This document shows positions 51,101 through 64,000 of a DNA stretch of 64,000 bases, piece by piece. Made by a program: the position numbers and the translations under genes. The notes beneath the pieces are model-generated. The model was not told where the DNA came from and did no database searches. It was given only the letters and a program-made list of their open reading frames with translations. Source of the stretch: Euglena gracilis. Its lineage: Eukaryota. Location of the stretch: contig CP154954.1 in NCBI GenBank assembly GCA_039621445.1, positions 23,572,954 through 23,636,953 of the forward strand, in the 5' to 3' direction. Position 1 is the first letter of the stretch, and each line of letters opens with the position of its first letter.

Positions 51101-54100
51101 GATAGTGCAGACATGCAGAGAAGTGAATACTCTTGCGTTCTGGAAACTCACAGCTGCAAATTGGGAATGGGGGTGTGGGAAATCACAGTGCACAAAATAA
51201 TACTCTTCACCGTGGTGGTGGGTACACCACAAAGGGCGGGATGATCTCTGACTTTGGGACACATTTTTTGTTGTTTTATTTTGGAAACACAAAACATGTG
51301 AAAATGCCATTTATTTTTAGGGAGGGTGTGAACAACTGTGAATGATCAAAATTGGTTACCCTCACCCCCCCCTAATTGCTCCCCCCCCCTAATTGGCTAA
51401 TTGGGGGTCCTTAAGGGAGGTCCATTAGCCAATTAGGGGGGGGGGTTAGCCCAATTAGCCAAATGGAAGTTCCCTTGGCCAACTTTGGCCAATTTCGGCA
51501 AGGGCTCAGAAAACCTCCAAAAACGTCCGTTTCGAAAATGTTAAAAATTGCCGGAAAAGAAAAAGTCATGACCAATCCAAAAATGCACAAAAAATCGACC
51601 AATTTTGCACACGTCAAAAATTATGGGGTCGGGGTCCTCGAGCCCCCCCCCCCTAATTGTCCCCCCCCCCCTAATTGGCTAATTGGGGGTCTGAAGGAGC
51701 CCGGCCATTAGCCAAATAGGGGGGGGGGGTGAGGGTACCCTCACCCCCCCCCTCAAAGTGTCCCTCCCCCCAAAGTGGCCAAAATTTTTGGCAAATTTCA
51801 GGTTACCCCCCCCCAAACTGGCCATTTTCCTTTGGCGCCAAAGGCGCTGGAGGGCCAAAACGTGACCCCCCCCCCAAAGTGTCCTCCCTGCCAGAGTGGC
51901 CATTTTGGGGTCCCACGGTGCCTGGAGGGTTGGCCACTTTGGGGGGGGGGGGGTGAGGGTAATGGGATTTATGAGAAAAAACTCTGGTAATTCAGTTTGG
52001 GATGTGGGGCAGCTGTGATATTGCATACTGGGGAGGACCATCTAAAACGAGACGTTGAATGTGGCCTGCTCACAGAACAGGCAGAGCAGTGTTACGGAGT
52101 TTGGGGATGTCGATGATTTTGAACGCCTTGTCTTTGTCATCAGGGCGTCGCTTAAAGAAACGTGGCTTAAAAAAACCCCCCAGCCAGCCAGCAGCTTTTT
52201 TTTTCAGACAACAGCTTTTTTCCAGGGGGGTCCCGGGCTGACCCCCCCCTTGGAGAGGCCCGGGTATTACTTACACTTAGCACCCCCCCAGCAGACCCCC
52301 TCTCCCCCTGGGGGCGCTGGTGGCTCAATAGTGACGACTTTTTTTTTGGCTTGGAGGGTGTAAAAATGGGCCAAAAATGGACAAAGTTTGGATTTTGGCT
52401 GCCCAGCCCAAATTTTCATTGGAAAAAATAGAATTTTTAAGTAAATTGGTTTTTTGGGCTGTTTTCTTTTTTTCAATTTTTCCGTGCCCAGTTGGACCTC
52501 CGGCTTTGGGGGGGGGGGGAGGCAGCCAGCAACCTTTTTCTCGGTAGGCGAAATTTTCCAGTCTTGAGCTGGACCCCGTCCCTGGGTTGTTGTGCGACGA
52601 CCTGCTTGTCATCCTTCTTGACGGTTTCACTTCTCCAATCCAGTGCATGGGAGCTGGCATATGCCAAAAAAAAACATGTTTGTAGCTGATCTTGCCCCCC
52701 CCAAATAATCAATGTACACACCATAGTGCAATGAATTCGGAGGGGTCTCTTTTTGCTTCAGTTTGCAGTGATAGAGTAATTCAAAATGTTCCATTGGAAG
52801 GAGGGTAACTGCTTTGGGCTGGTTTGACCCTCCAGTCCAGCCTAGCAGAATCCTCCCCAATGCACTCAGATTTTTTGTGGCTGCCCAAAGGCAGTCTGGC
52901 CGTGCCCCCAAAAAATGTTCAGCCGGGTTTTCAGGGGGAGGGTATAAAAACAGCTTCCCCCTCAAGTTCTGTTGTGAACTGCATAAGGAAGTATTCCGAT
53001 CAGAAGGCTGAACATTGGCACATGCAAAGATGGTCAGCCAAGTATCTTGTTTCTTCAGTCCTGCTGAGTCCTAAGCCATCATATTCAGCATTGGTAATAG
53101 GTCTTTTTGAGTGTATTTTTTGAATTTTTTTTAATATTTTTTAATAGGCTGCCCCCCGGCTGTCACCGCTGATTTTTAACATACAGCTGGGCCCAACCCA
53201 TTTTTTTTTTATTTTAGGAGGGTTTTTTTTCAAGGGGGGGCAGGGTTTGATATAAGGGCACACTGAACAAAAGGGGGGTGTCCCCGCACCCCCCCCTCCT
53301 GGCTCACAGGGGGGGGGTCCGACCCCCCCCTCATGAAAGGGGGGCCCAGACCGGGGACAAGCCCATCTCTTGGGGCAGAGATTTTTTTAAGTTTGGTGAC
53401 CCGGGGGGGGGAGGGGGGGGTGGGTTGGTCGTGGCTGAGACTCCCCAGGGGGGGGGGGTCAGCTCGAGTGGGTACTGCACTGGAGGCGGGGTTTTCTTCT
53501 ATTTTTTATTTTTTAGACCCCAACATTGACCCCAAAATGTGTCCCCCGGAGCCCCCCACCCTCTCCGGGTGGGTGGGTGGGTGCCGACCCCCCCCCCCGG
53601 GTCCTAAAAAAAACCTCGTCTAGCCAGGCATTTTCTCAAGGAGAAATTTTCAGGGGAAGGGCAAAAAAGACCTGCTCGGTGTGCTGTGGTCCAAGTGCCG
53701 TGGCAGTGGATGGGATCGTCCGCAGGGTGTTTGTGGAGGTTTTTGTGAAGAAAAAAATAACAATACCTAATGATCCTCTGCAGATTGCTTGTGTATTGGG
53801 CTGGGTGTGGGGTGCCATTGAGAAAACAGCAGTGTGATGGAATGATGGGATTCTCTGCAGCCTGTTTGTGTGACGTGAGGGATGGGACCTGGCCGGGGGG
53901 GGGGGGTGAGAAAAATGACAAAACCCTGTGCAGACGAATGGCCCTTGCATTGTCTGGGTCACCGCTACACTGCATTCCCTTTGAGTGCAGTGCCTGTGCA
54001 AGATTTCTGCAAAAAAAATCACAGATGTGTAGGACTGTTTGTTAGGGGTGTTTCGCCCGCGCCCCCCCCCCACGACCCCCTTGCAACTCTAATTTGGAAG

Positions 54101-54136
54101 GAGCTTTGGTGTCGAGAACAGCCAAAATTGCATTGA

Positions 54137-54146
54137 CAGATAGATG

Positions 54147-54227
<81 letters not shown>

Positions 54228-54316
54228 GTAGATAGGTAGATAGGTAGATAGGTAGATAGGTAGATAGGTAGATAGGTAGATAGGTAGATAGGTAGATAGG
54301 TAGATAGATAGATAGG

Positions 54317-54403
<87 letters not shown>

Positions 54404-54424
54404 GTAGATAGGTAGATAGATAGG

Positions 54425-54460
<36 letters not shown>

Positions 54461-54507
54461 CAGACACACAAGACACACAAGACAGACATACAGATAGATA
54501 GATAGAC

Positions 54508-54540
<33 letters not shown>
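54137..54540. repeat. (GATA)n/(GATAGGTA)n microsatellite
   Basis: Directly visible. Confidence 0.98.
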
Positions 54541-55838
54541 TATTGTTTGATATAATATGGGGGCGGACGGACGGACGGACGGACGGCTGGTGAAAAAAGC
54601 GAAGGTCCGGACGGACGGCTGACCTTGTGGGCTTGGTCCAGACGGCTGAAGAAAATGCACTAGGTCCAGCTAGCCGGCTGGCCGGCTGGCCGGCTGCCAG
54701 CTGGCCGGCTGGCCGGCCGGGTCTTTGGAAGCGCAGGCGTCTCAGTGCACACGACTCTGGGCGGATATATACCAATTTTGCCATGGGCGGTGTGGATGCG
54801 CTCCAAGGTTGAGATTGCCAAGTTTTTACTGACAGATTCAAAGCTGGAACGGATGCGGGCAATTGAAAATTTTTTTTGGTCCGGCCGGCTGGAAAGAGAG
54901 ACATTGGTACGGCTGGCGAAAAAATGCTTCGTCCGGACGCACGGCTGGGCGTCCAGCATTGGTTCGGCTGAAGGCGTCCGGACGGCTCGGACGGCTAGCC
55001 GGCCAGCCGCCCCCTATGTCTCTCAAATTAAATCTGATTTTGTTGTCAGGCATTGAGTGGCAGCCAAACTTCATAGTGATCTTCAAAATCAAATACACTG
55101 ATGCCCCTCACGATGGAGGGATCATTCAATCGAGGCTTCTTGGGGGTTGAGGCGTCGCCAGTGGACAATTCCCGTGCTCTTTGCTTTTTGTCAATCCATT
55201 CGAAGACGTGACTCTTGACTTTATGCCATGTCTTACACATTGAAAAGTGTTCGCTGAAATTGAAAATGAGTCATGGCATAACCGTCCCCTGGTGTCTCAC
55301 ATCGGATGTACCAGCGCCCCGCATTCCTGGCAGGCTTCTTCTTTTTTTTTTTAGCGAAGATCGCACCACCCCACCATGGGTTTTCTTAAGCCGGAGGGGA
55401 CCTTGCCCCCAAGGATTCTGCCTCATAATTTTGGCTGAAAAATTTTCAACCTAGCTGGATTTGGGCTTTTCTGCCAGCCACCCCATCCCCTGGACCCCCA
55501 CCATCGAGCAGGGGGTCCACGCAGCACCTTTTTCCAGCCGGCCGGCCGGACCCCCTCCCCCCCCGGGGTGGGTCCTTGAGAAAATCTCTGCTCCCCACTC
55601 ATAGATTGCATGTTGGTGTGGCAGCAAGGAGTGCTGTTTCACAGGGCAATTGGATAGGTAATGGGGCTGAAATTGACCCCCACCCCAGGGACCGCTGTGG
55701 TGGGTCAGCCAGCAGCCTTTTTACAACCTCTGTGCGGGACCCCCGGGTCGTTAAGAGACGACCTGGTGGGAACTGGTCTCTCAATCAGCCGTGCGGGGAT
55801 GGGTCGCAACGTTGCACGTTCTTCAGGTAGGAGTAGTG

Positions 55839-58800
55839 CCCGTGCGCCCTCCTTATATCGAACCCCGGGGTATTCATAACATAGCAAATATTACATATGT
55901 TTGTGGGGTTGGGGAAAAGATTTCATCCTGTTTATTGCATGCCAATATTTCATCAATGTTTCTTGCCACCACACCTACAGAGCGGCCAGGGCACCCCTAT
56001 CCGCTCAAACATCTGACCAACGTGAAGCAACACCGGCAAGTGAGGCACACCAACACCAACACGCAGTGCGGGGTCCAGCCAGCTCCCAGCGGCGGCTCCT
56101 ATGGTTCGTAGTAGCAGGTGAAGCACGACCCCCGCAGTGATGAAGAGGATGTTATGTGTCGGTTTCAGAAGGAACCGCGAAACAAACACGCACACACGCA
56201 CGCACACACGCACACACGCATGCACGCACGCACGCATGAGCATAGGGTTCCACCGAAATTGTTTCGCAAATGACAACACAAGACCTTAAAAAAAGGAAAA
56301 GTTCCATTGGCCTCATGTTGCCACCGGTGGTCTGGTCTTCAGAGCAGCCAATAACTGTTTTGAGCAATGTTCGTCGTTGGGTGCCTGTGCACCGAGTTGT
56401 GAAGGCAAAACATCACTTTGCAGGGGTCATTGGTTTCTACATGATACAACAATTACTTTAACTGCTTCGAAATAGAAATGCCTCAAACCAGGAGCTCCGA
56501 AGCAGCCAATTTAAAAAATCAAAAACCTTAGAGAACAGATGGTTGAGGAAAGCATGAAAGACCTGTTCCTGCATCGCAATAGTGCAGCCGAAACAGAAAC
56601 ATCTCGTTGCAACTGCGCTGGGTTTCATGCACGAACCGGCCGAAAAAAAAGAAGCGAAGACCACAAAATAGATATGTCAGCAACGATGATTCGGTGCAAA
56701 TAACTAGCCAGTTACTCAATTGATCTAATTGGGTGATTCTGAGAATATACACATTCCAAGAACATATATGTTTCCAACGGGGGTATTAATTATTTGTACA
56801 CCCCAAATATTTGAGAGTAATGCTGCACTGCTACATGGGGCAGGAGTGTGCCAGTGTGCACAAACCATCGTCATGCCCCACGGGCTGGGGAGGCTTTGTG
56901 ACACCACCCACAAAATTGACAAATATTCAATGCCTTTACTGTAAACATACAGGTTCTGAATGAGAATACCTTTTGTAGCAATAATAGGATTCCACAAGAA
57001 GAATACAATGGAGGCTAGGCGCGCCGCTCGGGGGGGTCCGGGACCCCCCTCCCCCCCCCCTGTACAGTTCCAACCCCCCCCTCCCGGGACCCCCCCCTCC
57101 CCCCCACTTCCAACCCCCCCGAGACAGATGAAGTTTTTTTTTCTTCAAAAAAACGGCTTGTTTTTTTTAAAACAAAAAAACATGCTTTTTTTCAGGGGGT
57201 GGTGCGGGTCATGGGGTCAAGGCGTAGAACTGGGGGGGGTGGTGGGCGCAAGGCGGTTAGACTGGGGGGTGGGGGGGGGTAGTGGGTGGTCGGGGGAAGG
57301 AAAAAAAGAGAGATAGGTGGTGGGTGTGATGGTGAACTGGAACCGACTAGTCGGCGAACTCGACTACCCAAAAAAGTGGTGAACACAAGACGAGGATATT
57401 AGGATAGTCCACCGACTAGGCCTAGTCTGGTAGCTAGTCGGCGTAGACAGGGGGGGGGGGGGTAGTTATGTGGGGGTGGGGGGGTTGGTAGTGGTAGTCG
57501 GCCAACTAGTCGGCCCCCGACTACACCACTCTAATGTACTAACTGGTCAAAACCGCCGGCTTTTAAGCCCCCCCCCCCATCAACAAAATCCAATCCAAAC
57601 TAGTCGGTGGCTAGTCGGCGGTCATAAAAATGGTCTGTGGCGGGCCCAAATCACCCGGAAAATGGTCCGGATGGGTTAAAAAAAGTGTCTTACACCTAAA
57701 TAAACCCCCCCAGATGGAAATCTTTGGTCAGTGGGGGGTCGGTGGGCCATTGATGGGGGTCCGGAGGGGTAAAAAACCAATGATGAAACAGGGATTACAT
57801 TAAAATCCTTTAGAAATGCAATCTGCAATCTGCGTTCTGCATCACGAGAGGCAGAAAACTCCCCCCTCCACCCCAATCCGAGACTCAAATAACAAAATCC
57901 CTTCTGTGTTGGCAACATACTCGGGGGCTAAGTCGTTTTTGTGGCTCACTTTGGCATAGGCGGGGGGGGCTCCGCCCCCCCCCCCCGCACCCCCCCCCCT
58001 CAAATAACAAAATCCCTTCTTGTTGGCAACATACTCGGGGCTAAGTCGTTTTGGGGGCTCACTTGGGCATAGGCGGGGGGGGGGGCTCCGCCCCCCGCAC
58101 CCCCCCCCCCTCAAATAACAAAATCCCTTCTGTGTTGGCAACATACTCGGGGGCTAAGTCGTTTTTGTGGCTCACTTTGGCATAGGCGGGGGGGGCTCCG
58201 CCCCCCCCCCCCCCCCCCCCCGCACCCCCCCCTCAAATAACAAAATCCCTTCTGTGTTGGCAACATATTCGGGGGCTAAGTCGTTTTTGTGGCTCACTTT
58301 GGCATAGGCGGGGGGGGCTCCGCCCCCCCGCACCCCCCCCCCTCAAATAACAAAATCCCTTCTATGTTGGCAATAGACTTGGAGGGATAAGACCCTTTTT
58401 TGTGCAAATTTTGACTTATATTGAAAATTCAATGGGGAGAGGTGTACTTTTGTCAAAAGTGGCCCAAAATGGACATTTTCCCCCAATTTTTTTGCATATT
58501 CACCCCCGATTGGGGGGTTCTGGAGCCATTTGGGTGGGTTTTGACTGGTGTTGAGGTGATTTAGACAAAAAAATTTTCCCAGGGGGGGCTTAAAAGTCGG
58601 CGGTTTTGACCCGTTAGTACATTAGAGTGGGTAGTCGGCCGACTAGTCGGCCGACTACCCAATTGGTCCGCCGACTAGTCGGCCGACCAATTAGTCGGCC
58701 GACTACCCAATTGGTCGGCCGACTAGTCGGCCGACTAGTCGGCCGACTACCCACTACCCCCCCCCCCAGTCTACCGTTTGGCACTGGTCATGGGGGGGGT

Positions 58801-61205
58801 CACGGGGAGGGGGGGGTCACGGGGGAAGTATGACACTTTGCAGGTAGCCGGGAGGCAACATCCATGAAATGGCATCGTGATAAAATTGGTCTTTTTTTGA
58901 AAAGGGAATTTTGTTAGGATTTTCTTGACCAACACGTTTTTGGGATGAAGGTTGGGCCATTTTTGACAAAATTCCGTTTTGGGTGGGGAAATGCACCAGT
59001 TTTTGGCACTTCTTTCAGGGGAAAGGATTTTTGGCCATTTTTGGGTGTGAAGGTGCATTGGGCGGACAAGGATACATGAAAGTTCATTGTTTTTTTTTAA
59101 AAAAATGCTTTTATGCTAGGGGGAGCACACGGCTGGCCGACGGCTGGCCGACGGCTGGCCGACGGCGTGACGGAAGCCGGGTCCTGTCGTTGAGCTTTTG
59201 TTGAGTTGCAAATGCCTAATTTGGTGTGCCTGTTCCAAATTTTGGAAGGCAAAATCCTAATTTGGTGTGCCAATTCCTAATTTTGAGGTGCAAATTCCTA
59301 TTTTCGTGTGTATATTCCTAATTTTGAGTGGCAAATGCCTAATTTTGGGTGTAAAGTGGTACTCCCAAATTTGATTTGATTTGAGTGGTAATCCCAAATT
59401 TGGTGTGCCAATGCCTTATTTTGAGCGGTAAATTCCTAATGAGTGAAAGGGTTCCTAGTTTTGAGGTGGGCCAGTTCCTAACTTTGAGTGATCAATGCCT
59501 AATTTGGGGTGCAAAGCCCGACAAGAGGGGTTACTTTGGGCAATTTTTAGTCACTTGAAACCGTTCCACACAAAATTTGAGCCTTTTTTTTTTTTTTTTT
59601 TCGTCAGTTCGTGGAAATTGGACCACCAACTGAGCAATTTTTAGTCATTCGACTAATTTGTAGGAAAAAATCTTCACAATAACTATAGAATGACCCAAAA
59701 ATAGGCTGAAATGGTCAAAATTGGTCAAAAAAAATCCCAAAATTGTCAAAATTGACAAAAATTGACGAAAAATGACTTCAAATGGGCAGAAATGCAGCCT
59801 CCACCAACGATGAACATGACCTGACGGGAGATTTGCGGCGAAATAGTTTTTGTATTGTCGAGCTTATGGCTCGGGTCATTTTCCTGTGAGTCACACGGCT
59901 GGCCGACGGCTGGCCGACGGCTGGCCGACGGCGTGCTCCCCCTTAAAAAAGAATGGCGAAGGATCGATTCTCGGGTCACGGGGGGGTCACGGGGGTGTAA
60001 CTGGGGGGGGGGGGGCACGGGGGTAGTACCCCCTAAGAAAAAATATGGTTTTTTAAAAAAAACCTCATGGGGGTTTGGGGGAATTTTTTCTTGAAACTTT
60101 TTTTACAAAAAAGGTCTTTTTTCATCTCTGCATCTTCGTAGTCCGTTAAAGGTGCTGGAAAAACTAAAAATACGTCACTTTTGATGACCAAAAAAGTGAC
60201 CTTAAAACCTTTTCCTCAAAAAAAAATGGCCATTTCGCAAGGAAAAAGGTCAAATTTTGCTTTTTAAAAAAAGAAAACATGTTTTGTGTGTTTTTTTTGG
60301 AAAAAAAACATATTTTTTGTTCTTTGTTGAAAAACAAAAAAAACGTCAACCCTGGCTCAATTACGCATGTTGTGCCAAGGGGGAGTGATTGAAGCTGCTT
60401 CCTGCCTTTCTGCTAAGTGTTTAAAGTGAAAATACTGGCTACCACTCTTTTTACAAGACACAAATATTTTGCAAAATGTATCTGAATTTCGCAAAATCCA
60501 TCATTACATTGGACGAAAAATGTCGCAACTGTCTCGGGGGTAGGCAGTACAGTTGTGATTTTCTGGGGACCCCCCCCCTCCCCCCCCCCTGTACAGCTTC
60601 CAACCCCCCCCTCAGACCCCCCCCCTCCCCCCCCCTGTGCCTTGCCTCCGATTGGTCGTCAAAACCAATGCTCATTGGGGACGGCAATGGGAATGACGGC
60701 ATCGGCATCCCGGTCAGTGGCATTGGTGGCGCAGTGGGTTGCGGAACCACAAATGGCAATGGTGGTAGCAATTGTGTCCCCCAGGCTGCAGCGTGCTGAG
60801 AAAATGCTTGTGGATCCAAAACTGGCAGTGTTGGCAGTGGAAACAGTGGTGAAGGTGGTGGCAAACCTGAGACACAACTTAAAAAAATGTGTTGAGCGAG
60901 AAACGTTGTCACAGACACACCAGGAAATGGAAGCATGGGGAACATCATTGTTTCCCATGCTTGTGGAGCAGCCATATGCAACAGCTGTGAACACAACGCC
61001 AAAGAATCTTGCGATAATGGAGGCTGTGTGGGCCATTGCAGGGGCAGTGGACCTGTGACATTTTTTGGGGGTTGCATATTTCACCAAAGTTTCACCAAAC
61101 CTGCTCCAGCATCCGCTTCGGCGATGAAGATTGTGTTTGAAGATGACGCCCCGGACAGATCTGTCAAATTTTCAGAAACAAATATGTTCAATAACAAAAA
61201 AAATA
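55839..61205. repeat. Segmental duplication, copy 2, with a 1.56-kb insertion
   Basis: Matches 44325-48125, with extra sequence at ~57218-58780. Confidence 0.95.
57218..58780. mobile_element. TIR element present only in duplication copy 2
   Basis: Imperfect TIR CAAGGCGTAGAACTGGGG / CCCCAGTCTACCGTTTG. CCGACTAGTCGG subterminal palindromes. Five ~110-120 bp internal tandem repeats at ~57886-58375. No clean TSD. Confidence 0.7.
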
Positions 61206-61395
61206 AGAGAAAAGAGAGAAGAGAAAAGAGATCATGCCCTCACAGCATTATTTGGCAAACCTTTGTCATCAGAGGATGAGCTGGATGCCGAGAGAAGTCA
61301 CCGTCTTCTGATACCTTTCAGGCTTCTCTTGATCTCACAGTCAAACATCATTCTGTGCTACCCTGCTACCCTCTGGGGCGGACATTAATTCAAGC

Positions 61396-61753
61396 CGGGC
61401 GATTCCTTACAAAGAACGTGAATATTTGACAGCTGACAAAGCCGACAGCCGAGCCGTGCCGTGCCGCGCCGTGCCGTGCCGTGCCGTGCCGTGCCGTGCC
61501 GTGCGGTGCCGTGCCGTGCCGTGCCGTGCCGTGCCGTGCCGTGCCGTGCCGTGCCGTGCCGTGCCGTGCCGTGCCGTGCCGTGCCGTGCCGTGCCGTGCC
61601 GTGCCGTACAGCTGACAAATGTCTAAATTTCATATTTATGTCAAATGTCTGTCAGAAACATTTGTCATTTGCCAAAATTTGCACTGCTGGTTTCTGCTGT
61701 GTGGGAAATCTTTCTGGCAGCACAAGAGTAATAGTCTGACAAGGAATCGCCTG
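61396..61753. mobile_element. Stem-bounded insertion carrying a (GCCGT)n array
   Basis: CGGGCGATTCCTT / AAGGAATCGCCTG ends. (GCCGT)n at ~61453-61607 is flanked by the direct repeat ACAGCTGACAAA. Confidence 0.65.
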
Positions 61754-61789
61754 AGTCATCACTGTCACTGGGGGTCAATACAGACGTGG

Positions 61790-62530
61790 AGAGAAGATCA
61801 GCCAGTCCAACCTCACATGCAAATTGGAACGGTGGTATCGCCATGCAATGGGCAAGGTCGGTTCCTGAGAGTTTCCACGTCGGTTCTTGAGGTTTCCACT
61901 GGAGTGCATGACGATGGAGATCCCCGTGTACAAGTTGTTTTACAACGATTGCATCCACAGAACACAAATGATCCTCTTATACCCTTTCCAGATCAGCACC
62001 CCACCATCTCACTCTTCTCGAATCCTCCCGGCTCAGCAGACCGATGCACCTTGTTGATGGAAGCAATCAAAAGCTTTCGCAAAGGGTCGGCCCCAGGCCC
62101 TTCTGGCCTCCGACCCAGTCACCTTGAACAAATGATCCTGCCAGGTAACCCGAATGCCACGGAGCTCCTCCATCACCTAGACATCTTTGTACAGCAGGCC
62201 TTGGAAGGAAAACTACCACTGACTATTGTACAACCCCTTGGAGCATCAAATTTGATTACAATGAAGAAAAAAAAACAATATCGAATAAAGCCATGGAAGA
62301 AGATGAACTCCAAGCAATTGAAACCTTGCAATCATGGTGTCAACATGACAACGTTTTCAACGTATGGGACCTAGATGAGGAACATGCCGAAGAGTGTACA
62401 GTGAGACCAATTGCTGCAGGAGAGACCCTCAGACGCCTCATTGGAAAGTGTGCAATGTCCCTTTCTGAAACCAAATTCGCGTCCCAAAAACTGCGGCCGT
62501 TCCAACTGGGGGGTCAGGGTTCCCCATGCC
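61790..62530 (+). pseudogene. Degenerate non-LTR retrotransposon reverse transcriptase fragment, CRE/SLACS-like
   Basis: LQRLHPQ...AIKSFRKGSAPGPSGLRPSHL...GASNLITMKK, then after a frameshift VRPIAAGETLRRLIGK...PFQLG. Truncated before the catalytic YxDD. Confidence 0.8.
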
Positions 62531-64000
62531 ACGGAAAATATTCCCATCCATGTCCAAAGACTACTTGGGGGGCGTTTGGCCGGACCAACCTAGGGTGATG
62601 CCTGAAAAATAAATGAAATTTTTCATTGAAAAATTTCAATTGAAAATTTGAAAAATATATTTTTTATTTTTCAAACTTGAAAAATATCATTCCCCTTTAC
62701 ATAGGGGAGCACACGGCTGGCCGGCTGGCCGACGGCGTTACGGAAGCCAGGTCAGGTTGTCTATCTCATATGGGTAGCAAATGCCTAATTTGGCGTGCCA
62801 GTTCCGAATTTTGAGAGGCAAATTCCTAATTTTGAGGAGGAAATCCCTAATTTCATGTGTAAATTCCTAATTTTGAGTGGCAAATGCCTAATTTTGTGTG
62901 AAGTCCCATTTTCATGTGGAAAATGCACAATTTTGGTCGGCATGAGTGGCAAATATATATTTAAGGGTGAAAATTGCTTAAATTTAGCACCTAATGCCAA
63001 AATTTGCTTCATGAAATCTCTTTAAGGACCCCGGGGGGTGCTGGGCTAGGGCTAGAAATTTGGGCTGGCTAGAAATTTGGGCTGGCTAGCCCGCCCCCCC
63101 CCGGGGGGGGGGGGGGGGCTGGGCCCCGGCTGGACCCGAACCGGGGCGAGCTGGACTGAAATCGGAAAAGTGCCCAAAAATGACCTGCGAAACACAGTTT
63201 TGAAAAAATGATGCAGCTGAAACCCCGCAAAAAAGCCCCAAACGCCCCCCAAACCCCATTTTTGGCCACTTTTGAACACAGTTTTTCAAAAAAAATCGGT
63301 GCTTTGCGCCGAAAAATTTTGGGCTGGACTCCCCAAAAGGGGCTGGCTAGCTGGGCTAGCAGCACCCCCCCAGGGGGGGGGGTGCTGCTGCGGCTGGGCT
63401 GGGCCCAAATCGAGGCTGGCTGCAGCCGCCCCCCCCCAGGGGGGGTTCGAAAAACCTTAGAGAGATGTATGATGCAAATGCTTCATCTTGGGTGCCAAAT
63501 ATTAATTTCTGATGTTCGTTTTGAATTATCTTTCGAATTCTACAAGAGGGGCTACAATTTTTGAGTCATTTGAAACCATTTCACACAATATTTGAGCCTT
63601 CTTTTGCCCATTATTAGGTAAATTTTGCCAGTGGGACACCAGCTGAGCATTTTTTAGTCATTCGAATAATATGTAGGCAAATGACCCTTCACAATGACTC
63701 ACCCAAAAAAGGCCGAAATGGTCAAAATTGGTCAAAAAAGTCCAAAAATTGGCAAAATTGACAAAAAATGACGAAAAATGACTTCTAATGACCAAAAATG
63801 CAGCCTCCACCAACGATGAACATGACCTTGAAGGGAGATTGGTGGCGAAATTGTTTCTGCATTGCAAGGTTGTGGCTGGCCGACGGCTGGCCTACAGCTG
63901 GCCGACGGTGTGCTCCCCCATGCATGTTGGGAGCTGAAACAAGGGTGTGACACAAGACAATTCAAGTCTGGGAAGCTTTTCTTCCAAAAATTTTAAGGAA

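Noticed and set aside
49966-53120. Possible helicase- or protease-like fragments at ~50.0-50.5 kb and ~52.6-53.1 kb
   Set aside because: The motif resemblance is too weak and the frames are interrupted. A profile search is needed.

Overview
Eukaryotic, repeat-rich genomic DNA, very probably from a euglenid. This is inferred from GTGTG/GTGCG-type 5' splice sites alongside many non-GT-AG, stem-bounded introns. All coordinates and gene models were read by eye, with no searches run. Contents: (1) A 7-kb hierarchical tandem array (66-bp monomers inside 1.2-1.5-kb higher-order units). (2) A minus-strand gene with four RRM domains (35555 to at least 10836). Its 17.3-kb GT-AG intron (11830-29139) contains a complete same-strand gene (28819-12431) encoding a HAD/DUF2608-like domain plus an actin-fragmin-kinase-like domain. 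(3) The 3' exons of a probable membrane-protein gene. (4) An intron-containing DD37E Tc1/mariner element whose right half is inverted at a hAT-like insertion. (5) A 3.8-kb segmental duplication, a degenerate CRE-like non-LTR reverse transcriptase, many MITEs and microsatellites. Main finding: about 14 nonconventional introns mostly have the layout 3 nt + terminal-inverted-repeat element + 5 nt. Several still carry 6-8/8 matching 8-bp flanking duplications. Two share their ends with free MITEs in this window. Splicing would therefore remove a hAT-like MITE plus exactly one target-site duplication (TSD).
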